DNA of 64,000 nt from Eledone cirrhosa (Eukaryota), in contig OZ024743.1 in NCBI GenBank assembly GCA_964016885.1, positions 232,500,001 to 232,564,000 on the forward strand, given 5' to 3'. Shown piece after piece: positions 51,023 to 64,000 of this stretch. Position numbers and translations under genes: made by a program. Each line of letters opens with the position of its first letter. The first letter of the stretch is position 1. The notes beneath the pieces are model-generated. The model did not search any database. It was not told where the DNA came from and worked only from the letters and a program-made list of their open reading frames with translations.

Positions 51023-52672
51023 ATGTGGAAACTGTTGACAAGCATTGTGTCTGAGGAAATCTACCATCAGCTCCACACAAACAACTTGTTACCGGACGAA
51101 CAGAAAGGATGCCGAAAGCAGTCCCGTGGTACAAAGGACCAGTTACTTATTGATAAGATGGTAATGAGGAATTGCAAGAGGAGACACACTGGTCTTGCCA
51201 TGGGATGGATAGACTACAAAAAGGCATTTGACATGGTGCCTCATTCTTGGATCACCAAAAGCCTAGAGATCTTCAAGGTGGCAGATAATATCAGACAGTT
51301 GTTGAGCAAAAGTATGAAGTCCTGGAAAACAGAGTTAACATCAGCTGGAGAATCCTTGGAAGGCGTGAAGATCAAGTATTTGGGTGTTCTGGAGGCTGAT
51401 AACATCAAGAACAAAAAAATGAAGGAATTGATAAGATCTGAATACATTCGGAGAATAAGGAGCGTATTAAAGTCACATCTGAATAGTAGGAATGCCATAA
51501 GTGCAGTAAATACCCGAGCTGTGTCTATTATTAGGTACAGTGCGGAAATTCTGAGATGGAATGTTGCTGAACAAAAAGAAATGGATAGGAAGACTGGGAA
51601 GCTATTGACTATCTACAACATGTTCCAAAAGAGGAGTGATGTCGATAGACTCTACTTAAGGAGATCTGAAGGTGGAAGAGGCCTTATCAGCATAGAGGAC
51701 TGTGTTCAGATGGAGAAAAACAACCTACACAAATACGTGACTGATAGTAAGGAGTCAATGCACAGAATTTTACTGAAGGACAGGACAATAGACCAGGGGA
51801 TGTCCAAGGAGGAAATAACAACGAGGAGAAAGACCAACCTTCATGAAAAATCCCTTCATAGTACCTTCTTTGAGAAAACGGAATTCAGTGATCCACAGAC
51901 ATGGAACTGGTTGAAAAAAGGAAACCTTAAAAAGACCACAGAAAGAATGCTAATGGCTGCGCAAGAGCGGGCCCTCAAAACGAAGTGGCTGAAACACCAT
52001 ATTTACAAGGAGGAGGCTAGCCCACTGTGCAGGATCTGTGGAGAGATAGAGGAGACTGTGGCTCACATTGTATCTGAGTGTAAACACCTAACCCAGACTC
52101 ACTATAAAGGCTGGAGACATGATGGGCAGGGTGATCCACTAGCATCTATGCAAAGTAAACAATTTACCACATTCTGAGAAGTGGTATGAGCATAAGCAAG
52201 AGTCGGTGATAGAAAACGATCAGATGAAGGTTGCTGTGGGGTTTTAGGATACAGCCGGTCAAGATACTGGAACACAATAGACCTGACCTGGTGGTTTTGG
52301 ACAAGGAAAAAAGATCGTGCCTGATTGTGGATGTGGCCTGCCCATTCGACACGAGAGTGCAAGAGAAGGAGAGGGAGAAAATTAACCGATACCAGGACTT
52401 AAAGTGGGAGGTAAAAAGGATTTGGAACTGCAATGAAGTCAAAGTGGTCTCGATTGTCATAGGCGCACTAGGTACTATCTCAAAAGGTTTCCAGGGATGG
52501 TTAAAAAAATTGGTCCCGCCCCGCTTTTTGGAACACTTCAAAAGGCATGTTTGCTGGGAACAGCAAGAACCCTTCGATACGTCCTGAATATCTGAGGCTG
52601 CAGGTAGTGGCTTGATATTCATTTCAACAAACTTTCCAGTTAACTAACATCACTGCCAGATACTCAAAGAAC
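51023..52672 (+). mobile_element. Dong/R4 family 1, 5'-truncated, with a 351-bp in-frame deletion in RT
   Basis: Matches 36940-38944. GVKIK|YLGV junction at CAAG microhomology. Ends in (AAT)n. Confidence 0.9.
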
Positions 52673-53774
52673 AATAATAATAATAATGATAATAATAATA
52701 ACAATAGCAACAACAATCTGGTTAGCTAATAACAAGCATGTTAATCTGATCCTGTCTTCATTTCCGGTTATGATGCAATAATAGTTATGTGTTTCTAGAA
52801 AAGTATGTTATTTTATTTAACATTTTGAAAATTTCACAACATATTTAATTGTTAAGTTTAGAATTCATACAAGGTATAGCGTTGAGCGTTGAATACTATA
52901 CAAGCTATTCAGAGATCTATTTCCTTAGATAACTATTTACTTGTAATTTTACAAATTTAGAATTTCTTCCTATACTCTGGTAAGAAAAGCGAGACTAGAC
53001 GTTTCAAGTATAGGTTATAATCTGGGAAAGATAATTTTTAATGTTCCTGGTAGCAGTAAATATCTCCGTAGAATGTATATGTTGTGTATATCCTGGACCT
53101 CCCTCATGATGAATGTTCCAGTTGTTCAATCAATAGATTAGCCTGCTTGTTAAATTATCATGTAAGTGGCTGAGCATTTCACAGGGAGATTCAGCATGAT
53201 ACACTGTGTGGACAATGCTGGCTGTTTCAATTACAGGTACAACTCAAATTGAATAAAATGTCTTGCTTAAGGACACTAGGTGCGGCCGGGAACTGAACTC
53301 ATGTCCTCACAACTGTGAGACGAACATTCTACCCAATGAGCAACCAAATCTAAAATGCCCTGGGTCCCCCAAGGTCTAAATCTGGCCCTTATGCAAGTCA
53401 GTTTATGCAATCTATTAGAATTATCACAAAGTCTATTCCACGCTTGAAGAACTTGCTCGTATTTCTTAAATAGGTTTTGATCAGGTTGGTAAGTTACTCA
53501 CTGTAGTTGCGTCGACAACATCCGGGCACACACACGCACACACGCACACACACATACATACACACACACACGCACACACACACATATATATATGTACATG
53601 TACATATACACACATATATATATATATGTACACACACACACAAATATATATAAATATAAATAAATAAATAAATATATATATATAGTAATAATAATAAATT
53701 TGAAGACTAAAATCCAAAGAGGGCTCGATAAGGATAAATATATATCAAATATATAAGAACCGTAGAGCAAATAT

Positions 53775-54679
53775 TTATAAAATAACAGATTAAAGTTTAA
53801 GCAAAGAATCGCTGCTTTCACCCTTAACGGGATCTTCTAAAACTAACAAAGTTAATCTGTGAATGCAGAAGTGAATATTTCAAAAAACGTTGCAACCGGA
53901 GGAAGACAGGAAGACGATACTTTGGTTCGTGCAAAGAACGGGAAAAAACGAATATAATACGTCATTATTTAGAGCGGTGAAAAACAATTACACGCAAAGA
54001 CAAAACCACGTTTATGGTTAAAAAGAAGTCGTAGACTAATATTCATAGCTACGTTCTCTGGCAATGAACGGAAAAAACGAAGATAATACGTCATATGTGG
54101 AGCGGGAAGAACAATTGCACGCAACGACAAAACCACGTAAATGGTATAACCGAAGTCGTAGACTAAAATTCTAACTAGTAAAAAAAATGTTTCTCGGCTT
54201 CAGAGTTAAGAATAAAGTAAATAAAATACAGAGTAATTGAAATTAAATAAATACATCACGCATCCATATACGTACATACACAAGCTTACGCGAAAACACT
54301 CGCCATAGGTATGCAAATACACGCACGTACACGAAAAAAACAACAACCCCGCATGCACATACAGAAACCCCGCAACGCCTGTACCCGCACGCATACGAAT
54401 GTATACACATAAAAATATATATAAAATATAAATATATATATGTATGTTTACAAACAAACAAACAGCCCGAATTACGCCGTACAGTGTTTAGGCAACTACG
54501 TCACCTTTTTGTTATTTGCCAGGGAACGTTTCCAAAAACCAAAGTATCGTCTTCCTGTCTTCCTCCGATTGCAACGTTTTTTGAAATATCCACTTCTGCG
54601 TTCACAGATTGACTTTGTTAGTTTCAGAAGATCCCGTTAAAGGTGAAAGCAGCGATTCTTTGCTTAAACTTTAATCTGT

Positions 54680-54688
<9 letters not shown>
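53775..54688. repeat. Element with ~150-bp inverted arms ending at (TA)n
   Basis: 53775-53926 and 54537-54688 are inverted. Internal 54450-54513 recurs at 61724-61785. Confidence 0.75.
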
Positions 54689-54728
<40 letters not shown>

Positions 54729-55639
54729 TAAACGGAATAGAAAATGCTGACAAATTTTTCACGGTTGAAAAATGGTTTAATTAGGAATAAAAGAGTATTA
54801 GTGATTGTATGGGTTAGTATTCAGTTGTGGTTTTAAGTTTTTAAGTTTTTACCGGTTGCGCATTTCTAAATGCTTTTCAAAAATAATTTTGAGATCTCCA
54901 CACACGACCCACTCAACAATGAGGCCTTTGACACCATCCTCCAGAACATCCCTGTATTGAAAAAGGACCATAGAATGAATCAAATTCTACGAACACATGA
55001 TATCATAAAGAGCAAAAGACAATCCAAGTCAATGAAAAACATCTTAACACATGCCAAAGTACTGCCAACCACAACAACGAAACCCACAGTAAAAAATGTG
55101 ATAGACCCAACTGTGGCATTTGCATCAACCTAATAGAGGGTTCGGAATTCTATTTCAAAGAAGGACAACGTTTTATAGTAAAACACAATTTCACATGTGC
55201 ATCGGAAAATCTAATATATGTATTAACTTGTTCAGGTTGTCGAGAACAATACATAGGCCAGACCAAAATCAGCCTCCGCCAACGCATGACTGTCCATAGA
55301 TCCCAAATCAAAATACGGGAATACAGGAAAATACCACTGAGTGAACACATTGATATCTGTGCCGCCCAAAATCATCCCAACTTCAGAATCTTTCCCCTCT
55401 ACAAATTTAAAGATAATGCCACCCACACCCAGCTCATCAGCAAGGAATCTTACTTCATTAACAAATACGGACCCCGTCTAAACACTTCTCCCTAATACGA
55501 ACCCACAACATACACACGTCAACATACATACCTACATCAGCACACATCTCTAACCGCATATAAACACAATGACATACGTAAACACACATGCTCTATGGTG
55601 CAACACAAACAAATATATGTCCATATATGTATGTATGTA

Positions 55640-55689
<50 letters not shown>

Positions 55690-55831
55690 ATATATGTATG
55701 TGTATATATATATAGTGAATATCATTTCACACCTTTTATTGTTAAGATATTTGATGTTCTATTAAGAGAACCGATTTTACTGAAAAAATCGAATAATGTA
55801 CACCATTTTACCAGGGGGAAAAAATACTGGT

Positions 55832-55886
<55 letters not shown>

Positions 55887-56062
55887 CACACACACATACA
55901 CACGCGTACATCAACATACAAAGAGACTTATATATACACACACACACACACACACACGCACTTCTCCGTATAAGACGAAAGCTGAAAAATATCTTTCAGA
56001 CACATTCTTACTGACCATCCCTGCCACCATGAATTACTCTGCTATACACACACAGACACACA

Positions 56063-56103
<41 letters not shown>

Positions 56104-56188
56104 ACACAAACTTATCTTAATAGCCATTTGACACACATCGCTGCTAACCATTATCACAACATCGAACACCTTACTACTACTACTACTA

Positions 56189-56222
<34 letters not shown>

Positions 56223-56418
56223 TTGTTGTGAAAGAGTCATTTCTCAATCTTGGCGCAAAACCAATTTTTTATTCACATGACCTCTACCGACCAATCAAAA
56301 TTGTTTTGACCACAAGAATTTTTGCAAATTGGAGCCAGTTTTTTAACATAAAAACAGGTAGAATTCCCAAAACTAATCAGATCAGAGCAAACAGCACGGA
56401 CACTCTATCTCAAAATTA

Positions 56419-56455
56419 TTTTTGAAAAGCATTTAGAAATGCGCAACCGGTAAAA
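56419..56455 (+). ncRNA. Minimal hammerhead-like motif (U3-A8, GCAA in place of GAAA)
   Basis: TTT-TTGAAAA-GCAT(ttagaa)ATGC-GCAA-CCGG-TA-AAA. Same core in three pLTR copies. Confidence 0.5.
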
Positions 56456-56644
56456 ACTTAAAAACTTAAAACCACAACTGAATACTAACCCATACAATCA
56501 CTAATACTCTTTTATTCCTAATTAAACCATTTTTCAACTGTGAACAATTTGTCAGCATTTTCTATTCCGTTTACCAATATATAATAACTTGTGTGTTACA
56601 CCTCTATTCTTTTAACTATCATATCCTCACACGAGATACAGAAA

Positions 56645-57955
56645 ATGCCAACAAAAACGGATACAACCCTCATCAACTCAAATGAAGAGATCCTACAGGA
56701 ACTCAAGAAAATCAACACCAACCTATCTTTGCTGGTCGACAAACTTGACTCCACAAATAAGGAAACCGCCACCGGATACAAACCCTCCGAAATCGGCGAC
56801 AAACTCCAAAACCTTTGCGATACTATCCAAACTATGTTCACTACTACCAACCCAGGATAAACCAATGAAGAACCATGTGAGATTGATTCACACAAAATGA
56901 AAATTCGAACAATTCCAAAATGGAACAAATCCCTCAGAGACAGAAAGTTCTCATTCTGGAAGATGATACAAAATCACAACAAAGCAGAGATATATGAAAA
57001 ATGGCTTAACTCAACCCCTCTAACTCTCCCCCGTAAACTACAAATAAAGTCCATTCCAAATGAACCCGAACCTCAAAGACACCTTAGGGAAAGAATGGCA
57101 TTGGAAAAAATGAAGACAGAAATTGAACTTCTTAAACTGAGGACCAAGACAAATGAGGAAAAAATCAAAACCATCGATGAAGAGATCCTCCTGGAAATCA
57201 ACAACAAAACTGAAGGCCCCAAGGTAGAGAAGATCTCCAAATTATGGAAAGGGGACTGCAACAGAGAAGAACTGAAATCCCTTCAACGCTGGGAAAAAAG
57301 TGCCGCTTGGTTCCTACACTATGAATCGACTTTTCAAACGGATTACACCTCCAATAACCCGTTCATAAAAATAGGAAAACCCATAACTGAACCGCACAAC
57401 AACTTCTCAAACCCCCAAACCTCTAACAATCGAAGAAGGAAGCACCACACCGAATATGAACTTCCCAACCTCGCTACCATAAGAAGGAACAAAAACCCAA
57501 GAAATCATCTCCCCCAGAATGACATTTACAACTTTCCCCCTTCAAGGAGACACCATACCAAATCACTCAACTACTACGCGGATGCCTCATCGTCAAACAT
57601 AGGGAAAAGATACCACCGCCATGATAGATGTAACAACTTCCCCGCTTCAAGGGGACAGCAAGGTAATTACCATTTTCTCAACTCTCGCTTCCACAATACA
57701 CAACAAACCCACACCATACGATACAACCAACAACGTAGGCCACTTATAACACCACAATACAACATGGTACATAGAAACACACACCCATACTCGCAGTACA
57801 GGAACACCCCATTCAATCTACAACCACCAACCCGAACCACATTTTACAACAACAAGGAATATAACAAACACAGGAGACCACTTAACATCAGCAGACAACC
57901 CCTCTACCCCAACCATTTTTTAGACACAGCACACAGATACAGGCAAACAAAATAA
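56645..57955 (+). pseudogene. Penelope upstream ORF1 (charged, coiled-coil-like N half and basic N/H/R-rich C half) with one in-frame stop
   Basis: ATG 56645. ORFs 56591-56860 and 56897-57955 share a frame, separated by TAA at 56858. Confidence 0.65.
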
Positions 57956-60235
57956 CACAAGACAGGGAGGAGGAACCGATAGTAATAAAAATTATCAATC
58001 TTACTAGTGCAGAACCAACACCCAACCTTATCAACTTACTCTCCAAAGGTCTTAAATTCACACCGACCCCACTACGTCCTAACTACTATGAAATGAAGGA
58101 AGACATCACAGACTTCTGTAGAAAGTTACGACTTAGTGAACAACTATTCGACCAGTACAATGAGGATGAATCATTAGCCAGAAATAGAAGCAATTACACC
58201 CCTTCAAAAGGTAGAAATAAAATCCTGGACGAATTCTGTGAACACATCACAAACTTCCCTTACCAACACTTGCACAGACAAAAACACAAGCCAAACCTCA
58301 ACAAGAAAGAATGGGAAGAATTAAATAGATTAAAAACCGACAGAACCATTACAATTAAAGAGGCTGATAAAGGGAGTACAGTAGTCCTAATGGAGACAGA
58401 ATTCAATATCAACTTAGCGCTCTCCACTTTGGAAAACGAAACATACTACGAAAAAGCTGAACACTACAATCAACAGAAAATTATGAGAAACCTAAAAACT
58501 CTAATCAACCAATACAAAGAAGGACTCACTAACAAGGAATTCAGCTTCATCACAGACTTCACAAGTAAATCCAGCCTTTTCTACGGTATCCCTAAAGTAC
58601 ATAAAAGCGAATCAATAAGTAAGGCATGCAAGGAAGCCACAGACATAGTCATCAATGTCCCCTCACCCAATGATCTCAAATTAAGACCTATAATAGCAGG
58701 CCCCGCTTGCGAAACCCACCGTCTTAGCAACTTCATTGATACCCTTCTCAAACCCTTCCTCAAGCACATCAAAAGCTATATAAGGGACGACCTAGATATG
58801 CTCAATCACCTCCCTAATATGCCACTTTCTGAACAAACCCTACTAGTGACGTTCGATGTAGTCAACCTATACTCCAACATCCCCCACAACCTAGGAAGCT
58901 ATCCAATTCTGGCTGGACAATTTCCACAATGAACTCCCACAACGCATCAAAAAAGAATTCGTGATAGAGGGACTCAAATTTATCTTGGAGAACAATTACT
59001 TCGTTTTCAATAACAAACCCTACAGGCAGAAATCTGGGATCGCTATGGGAACGAAAACAGCCCCCACTTATGCCAACTTAGTCATGGGATACCTGGAAAT
59101 CACCCTCTACACTAAAGTCCTAAACAAATTTGGAAACACCCTCCACTTACACATTGAAAGGAACTGGAAGCGATATCTAGAGTACTGCTTCATCCTTTGG
59201 CACGAAAACATCGAAAAACTTAAAGAATTTCACACCCTTATAAATGGGCTCAACACAAATATTAACTTCACGATGGAATACAGCCATCAACAACTCCCAT
59301 TCCTCGACATCCTCATTAAGATCCATAACAAAAAAATAGAAACAGACATATACTACAAGCCCACAGACTCCATGCAATATCACCCCTTCAACTCTTGCCA
59401 CCCTAGACACGTTAAAATTAATATTCCCTACAACTTAGCCAAGAGAATCTGTACTATAGTCTCCAATAAAAACATCTGCTACTTACGGCTACAAGAACTA
59501 AAGGACACACTCATAGGCAGGGACTACCCTGCATCACTAATTGACAATGGAATCCAACGTGCCCTAAAACTCAGTACCCAGGACCTTAGACACCCTAAAG
59601 TAAATCAACCAAAACTAAAAGCTCTTCAATACATCTCCAGACACAACCCCCTCAACAATGAGGCCTTTGACACCATCCTCCAGAACATCCCTGTATTGAA
59701 AAAGGACCATAGAATGAACCAAATTCTACGAACACATGATATCATAAAGAGCAAAAGACAATCCAAGTCAATGAAAAACATCTTAACACATGCCAAAGTA
59801 CTGCCAACCACAACAACGAAACCCACAGTAAAAAAATGTGATAGACCCAACTGTGGCATTTGCATCAACCTAATAGAGGGTTCGGAATTCTATTTCAAAG
59901 ATGGACAACGTTTTATAGTAAAACACAATTTCACATGTGCATCGGAAAATCTAATATATGTATTAACTTGTTCAGGTTGTCGAGAACAATACATAGGCCA
60001 GACCAAAATCAGCCTCCGCCAACGCATGACTGTCCATAGATCCCAAATCAAAATACGGGAATACAGGAAACTACCACTGAGTGAACACATTGATACCTGT
60101 GCCGCCCAAAATCATCCCAACTTCAGAATCTTTCCCCTCTACAAATTTAAAGATAATGCCACCCACACCCAGTGCATCAGCAAGGAATCTTACTTCATTA
60201 ACAAATACTGACCCCGTCTAAACACTTCTCCCTAA
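57916..60235 (+). pseudogene. Penelope RT plus GIY-YIG ORF2 (-1 frame relative to ORF1), one internal frameshift near 58893
   Basis: IINLT...LLSKGLKFTPTP, KEADKG, FYGIPKVHK, RPII, FDVVNLY, GIAMGT, LIYVLTC...YIGQT. Confidence 0.88.
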
Positions 60236-60368
60236 GACGAACCCACAACATACACACGTCAACATACATACCTACATCAGCACACATCTCTACCCACATA
60301 TAAACACAATGACATACGTAAACACACATGCTCTATGGTGCAACACAAAAAAAATATGTGCATATATG

Positions 60369-60422
<54 letters not shown>

Positions 60423-60744
60423 ATATATGTATGTGTATATATATATATAGTGAATATCATTTCACACCTTCTATTGTTAAGATTTTTGATGTTCTATTAA
60501 GAGAACCGATTTTACTGAAAAAATCGAATAATGTACACCATTTTACCAGGGGGAAAAAAAACTGGTCCACCCACACACACACACACATATACACACACAC
60601 ATACACACGCGTACATCAACATACAAAGAGACTTATATATACACACAGACACACACACACACACACACACACACACTTATCTTAATAGCCATTTGACACA
60701 CATCGCTGCTAACCATTATCACAACATCGAACACCTTACTACTA

Positions 60745-60794
<50 letters not shown>

Positions 60795-61292
60795 TTGTTG
60801 TGAAAGAGTCATTTCTCAATCTTGGCGCAAAACCAATTTTTTATTCACATGACCTCTACCGACCAATCAAAATTGTTTTGACCACAAGAATTTTTGCTGG
60901 AGCCACTTTTTTAACATAAAAACAGTCTTGGCGCAAAATCAATTTTTTACATTCACATGCTCTCTACCGACCAATCAAAATTGTTTTGACCACAAGAATT
61001 TTTGCAAATTGGAGCCAATTTTTTAACGTAATAAGAGGTAGAATTCCCAAAACTAATCAGATCAGAGCAAACAGCACGGACACTCTATCTCAAAATTATT
61101 TTTGAAAAGCATTTAGAAATGCGCAACCGGTAAGAACTTAAAAACTTAAAACCACAACTGAATACTAACCCGTACAATCACTAATACTCTTTTATTCCTA
61201 ATTAAACCATTTTTCAACTGTGAACAATTTGTCAGCATTTTCTATTCCGTTTACCAATATATAATAACTTGTGTGTTACACCTCTATTCTTT

Positions 61293-61333
<41 letters not shown>

Positions 61334-61335
<2 letters not shown>

Positions 61336-61531
61336 CGAAGGAAATGTGGTAAGGAACCAGGTGGACCATAACGCACCAAAGTACTCAATACTTAAGGTAG
61401 TAGAGTGGGTAATAGGAACAAGTAAGACCCCGACGGCTGAGCTCAAGCAGTTTCGACGGCTAATTCTGTACTTTGAGTACAGAATTAGCCGTCGAAACGG
61501 CTTGAGCTCAGCCGTCGGGTCTTACTTGTTC

Positions 61532-61533
<2 letters not shown>
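61334..61533. mobile_element. Short (TA)n-embedded element with a 120-bp palindrome containing the 3' half of a hammerhead
   Basis: 61414-61533 is palindromic. GAAA-CGGCT(tgagctc)AGCCG-TC. 61374-61418 matches window positions 1-45. Confidence 0.7.
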
Positions 61534-61588
<55 letters not shown>

Positions 61589-61801
61589 TATGTATGTATA
61601 CGTACATACATATATGTATACAAACGTACAGCAGTATGTATATATATACATACATGCACACATATATATATGCACGTATCGGTTTACCGAACATTTATTA
61701 TATTGCTCGATTTGTTTGTTTGTAAACAAACAAACAGCCCGAATTACGCCGTACAGTGTTTAGGCAACCACGTCACCTTTTTGTTCAACACAGACACAAG
61801 A

Positions 61802-61844
61802 ACGATGTACTAGTTTCAAGCTTATTAGCTATCGTCAGCATCGT
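61802..61844 (-). ncRNA. Minimal type I hammerhead ribozyme
   Basis: ACGATG-CTGACGA-tAGCT(aata)AGCTt-GAAA-CTAG-TA-CATCGT. 6-bp stem I, palindromic stem III. Confidence 0.75.
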
Positions 61845-61945
61845 ATACCTTCCTGCCAGATGGTTGAACGTCTGAAAGTATATACTTTCCTTATGCATAT
61901 TAATGTACTAAGAGTGGGAAATGAAATTTCGTTTCATTATATTCC

Positions 61946-61995
<50 letters not shown>

Positions 61996-62099
61996 TGTAT
62001 ATAATCTGTAGGTTCTCGAGTGATGCCGGAGGTATTCACAGTTAAAAAAAGGCACTCTATATACTGGTAGAGTATAGGCATATTTACTATATATAGAAA

Positions 62100-63050
62100 T
62101 ATGATATACGAGGTGTATCAGAAGAGTAACAGGACTTAGGGTGCTGAGTGAGCTAAGGTGGGGTAGGGAATAGCTGGTTGAGTCACCGTGGAGTACTGGT
62201 TTGCAGCTGAAGCGACAAAGTTGGGAGTGGTTAATGAATTGCAGCACATAGTTCCCCAGATTATGGATTTACCTCCTCCAAATGGGAAGAGAGTTATGCC
62301 TTTGGAGCACATACTACTACGACGGTCAAGGTCAGTGGGCTCCAGATGTGAGGGCAAGCGGGCCGCGTCCAGGCTCTATCTGATTATGTCAGTGGCGTAT
62401 CGATGGAATCGAACTCTGCTCTGGTTGCAGGATAGACGGTACAGACCGACACTTCAGCAACGGTCCACAACGGCATTTGTGTGTTTCACACACGCGGAGG
62501 CCGACGTGCTGTCCGATTTTAAATGCTACTGATGCCAGGCAGAATGATGCGAATGCACTCACCATCAAGAAGGGTGCCGGTAGATGAAGAGAGCAACGAA
62601 TTCAGTCTCACACAGCTGTTTCAACCGAGGCGAAACAGAGGCAGATGAGACGGTGTTATTCCATGGGAGACTTGTTTTTGCTGAACGTTGCCCTATATTT
62701 CATGTTGTCCCAGTTCCGTTGGAGTCTGTACACTGAGTATCGTCGAAGCCTGGTTCTACCGACTTGCGTAAGAACACGCTGAGAAGTGTGCCGCTGGCGA
62801 TTAAAGGTAAGGAAGCCGACAGTGCTAGGTCAGATGTACCTCGGAAGTCAAGGCTGGAGGTTTCACAGGGAGTTTCGTATTGCCAGCCGGCACTGGCGAA
62901 TCTAACATTGCAAATGAGTTCATCACAGCGTGGGATGGTGGTGTCGACTTCAACAAGGTGATCTGTATGAGGATGACAAGACGCACCACGCTCACTGCGT
63001 GGTGCGCCTTGTCAAGGGAGCTTGAGAAGTTCAAAACAGTTCCGGATGCG
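62100..63050 (-). mobile_element. Decayed 3' part of a CRE-clade-like (RLE) non-LTR retrotransposon
   Basis: Minus-strand remnants LNSLLSSSTGTLLDGECIRI and EPTDLDRR...GITLFPFGGGKSIIW resemble the CRE C-terminal motif EP.GL.R.DG.RPDG.T..P...GK...WD. Confidence 0.6.
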
Positions 63051-63227
63051 CGTCAATGAGGGGCAATCTCCCCAACTAACCAAATGAGTTTTATTTTTCA
63101 ACATAGTCCATGAAAAGAAATAATTCAGTTATCAATAAGAAGAGTTAAAATTAATGCATGATAGATTTCACAACACTGGCATCAATCCTTCATAGAACTT
63201 TTCAGCCGACCGTCCTATATATAGTGA

Positions 63228-63345
63228 AGGCGTGTGGCTTAGTGATTGGAGAACTGAATTCGCAATCGTGACGTTGCGAGTTCGAATCCCGAAGCGGGTA
63301 ATGCATTATGTCCTTGAACATGACACTTTATTTTACGTTGCTGTG
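63228..63345 (+). mobile_element. tRNA-derived SINE head (second family)
   Basis: ggcgtgtggcttagtg (A box), gagttcgaatccc (B box), gtccttgaacatgacacttt. Confidence 0.7.
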
Positions 63346-63779
63346 TATACCAGGAGTTGCGACCGGTAGATAGTATCAGTAATAGAAATACCAACGGAAT
63401 CACTGTAAGCGAATGAGGTCTGGGAAATTGTCGATCGTTTTCATATATATATAACAACTCCACATTATTATATTACCCAGTGCATAAAGTACCAGTAATG
63501 CACTGGGGAATTGCTGGCCTTCTGCCTAAAGTAGAAACAATTATTATATTACACGACATATTCCAGAGACATATTATTAAATGTTGTTGAAACACTGAAA
63601 ATCTAGTTTCGATGTCATAACTTTCTTAGCGGGAGAACGTAGTTTTAATCAAAAATAGAGGTCTAGCTTCTTCAATGAATTTGTATATCGCGATTGAGAA
63701 ATTTACTTACATCAACCATATGTCAGCTGTCAACAGATAAAAGAAAATCCCAAAAGTATTATTGTCTAGCGATTATATA

Positions 63780-63892
<113 letters not shown>

Positions 63893-64000
63893 ATGTGTGT
63901 GTGTTTGTGAAGAGCTTCTCTAATGAAATGTAGCAAATATTCTCCCTTTGACTCCATCTCTCTCTCCCTCTCTCTCTCGCACACTCTCTCTCTCTTTCCC

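Larger units (their letters stand above)
54723..61299 (+). mobile_element. Penelope-like element family 3: inverted pLTR fragment, partial tandem 3' copy and full-length unit, in (TA)n
   Basis: 54723-54895 inverted. 54894-56619 directly repeats 59633-61299. HHR-like motifs at 54847-54883 (-), 56419-56455 and 61099-61135. Confidence 0.92.

Noticed and set aside
54185-54210. Minus-strand CTGAAG-CCGA-GAAAC hammerhead-like string
   Set aside because: Lacks a full core, stem II and stem I pairing

Overview
AT-rich, microsatellite-dense eukaryotic DNA with no recognisable host gene. The SINE and repeat content suggests an invertebrate, probably a cephalopod such as Octopus (inference). The window is almost entirely retroelements sorted by microsatellite target. 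(1) (TA)n tracts host at least three Penelope-like (RT + GIY-YIG) families and many short non-coding fold-back or tandem elements. Together these carry about 19 complete or partial type I hammerhead ribozymes (HHRs), including a covariation-supported U3-A8 core variant in a 323-nt tandem retrozyme-like family. (2) A ~26-kb array (26.9-52.7 kb) of seven non-LTR retrotransposons is mostly separated by (AAT)n tracts: four Dong/R4-clade RLE elements, all on +, and three Tx1-clade APE elements, all on -. One copy of each clade has intact ORFs. (3) tRNA-derived SINEs, a Tc2-like MITE, a 25-bp satellite and a decayed CRE-clade element. The best novel candidates are the hammerhead retrozyme-like families, a two-ORF endonuclease-bearing Penelope joined by a U-UUU-UUA -1 slippery site, and a 52/53-nt GT-AG segment whose removal would fuse Tx1 ORF1 and ORF2 in frame. 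Boundaries were read by eye and may be off by a few bases, more for decayed copies.
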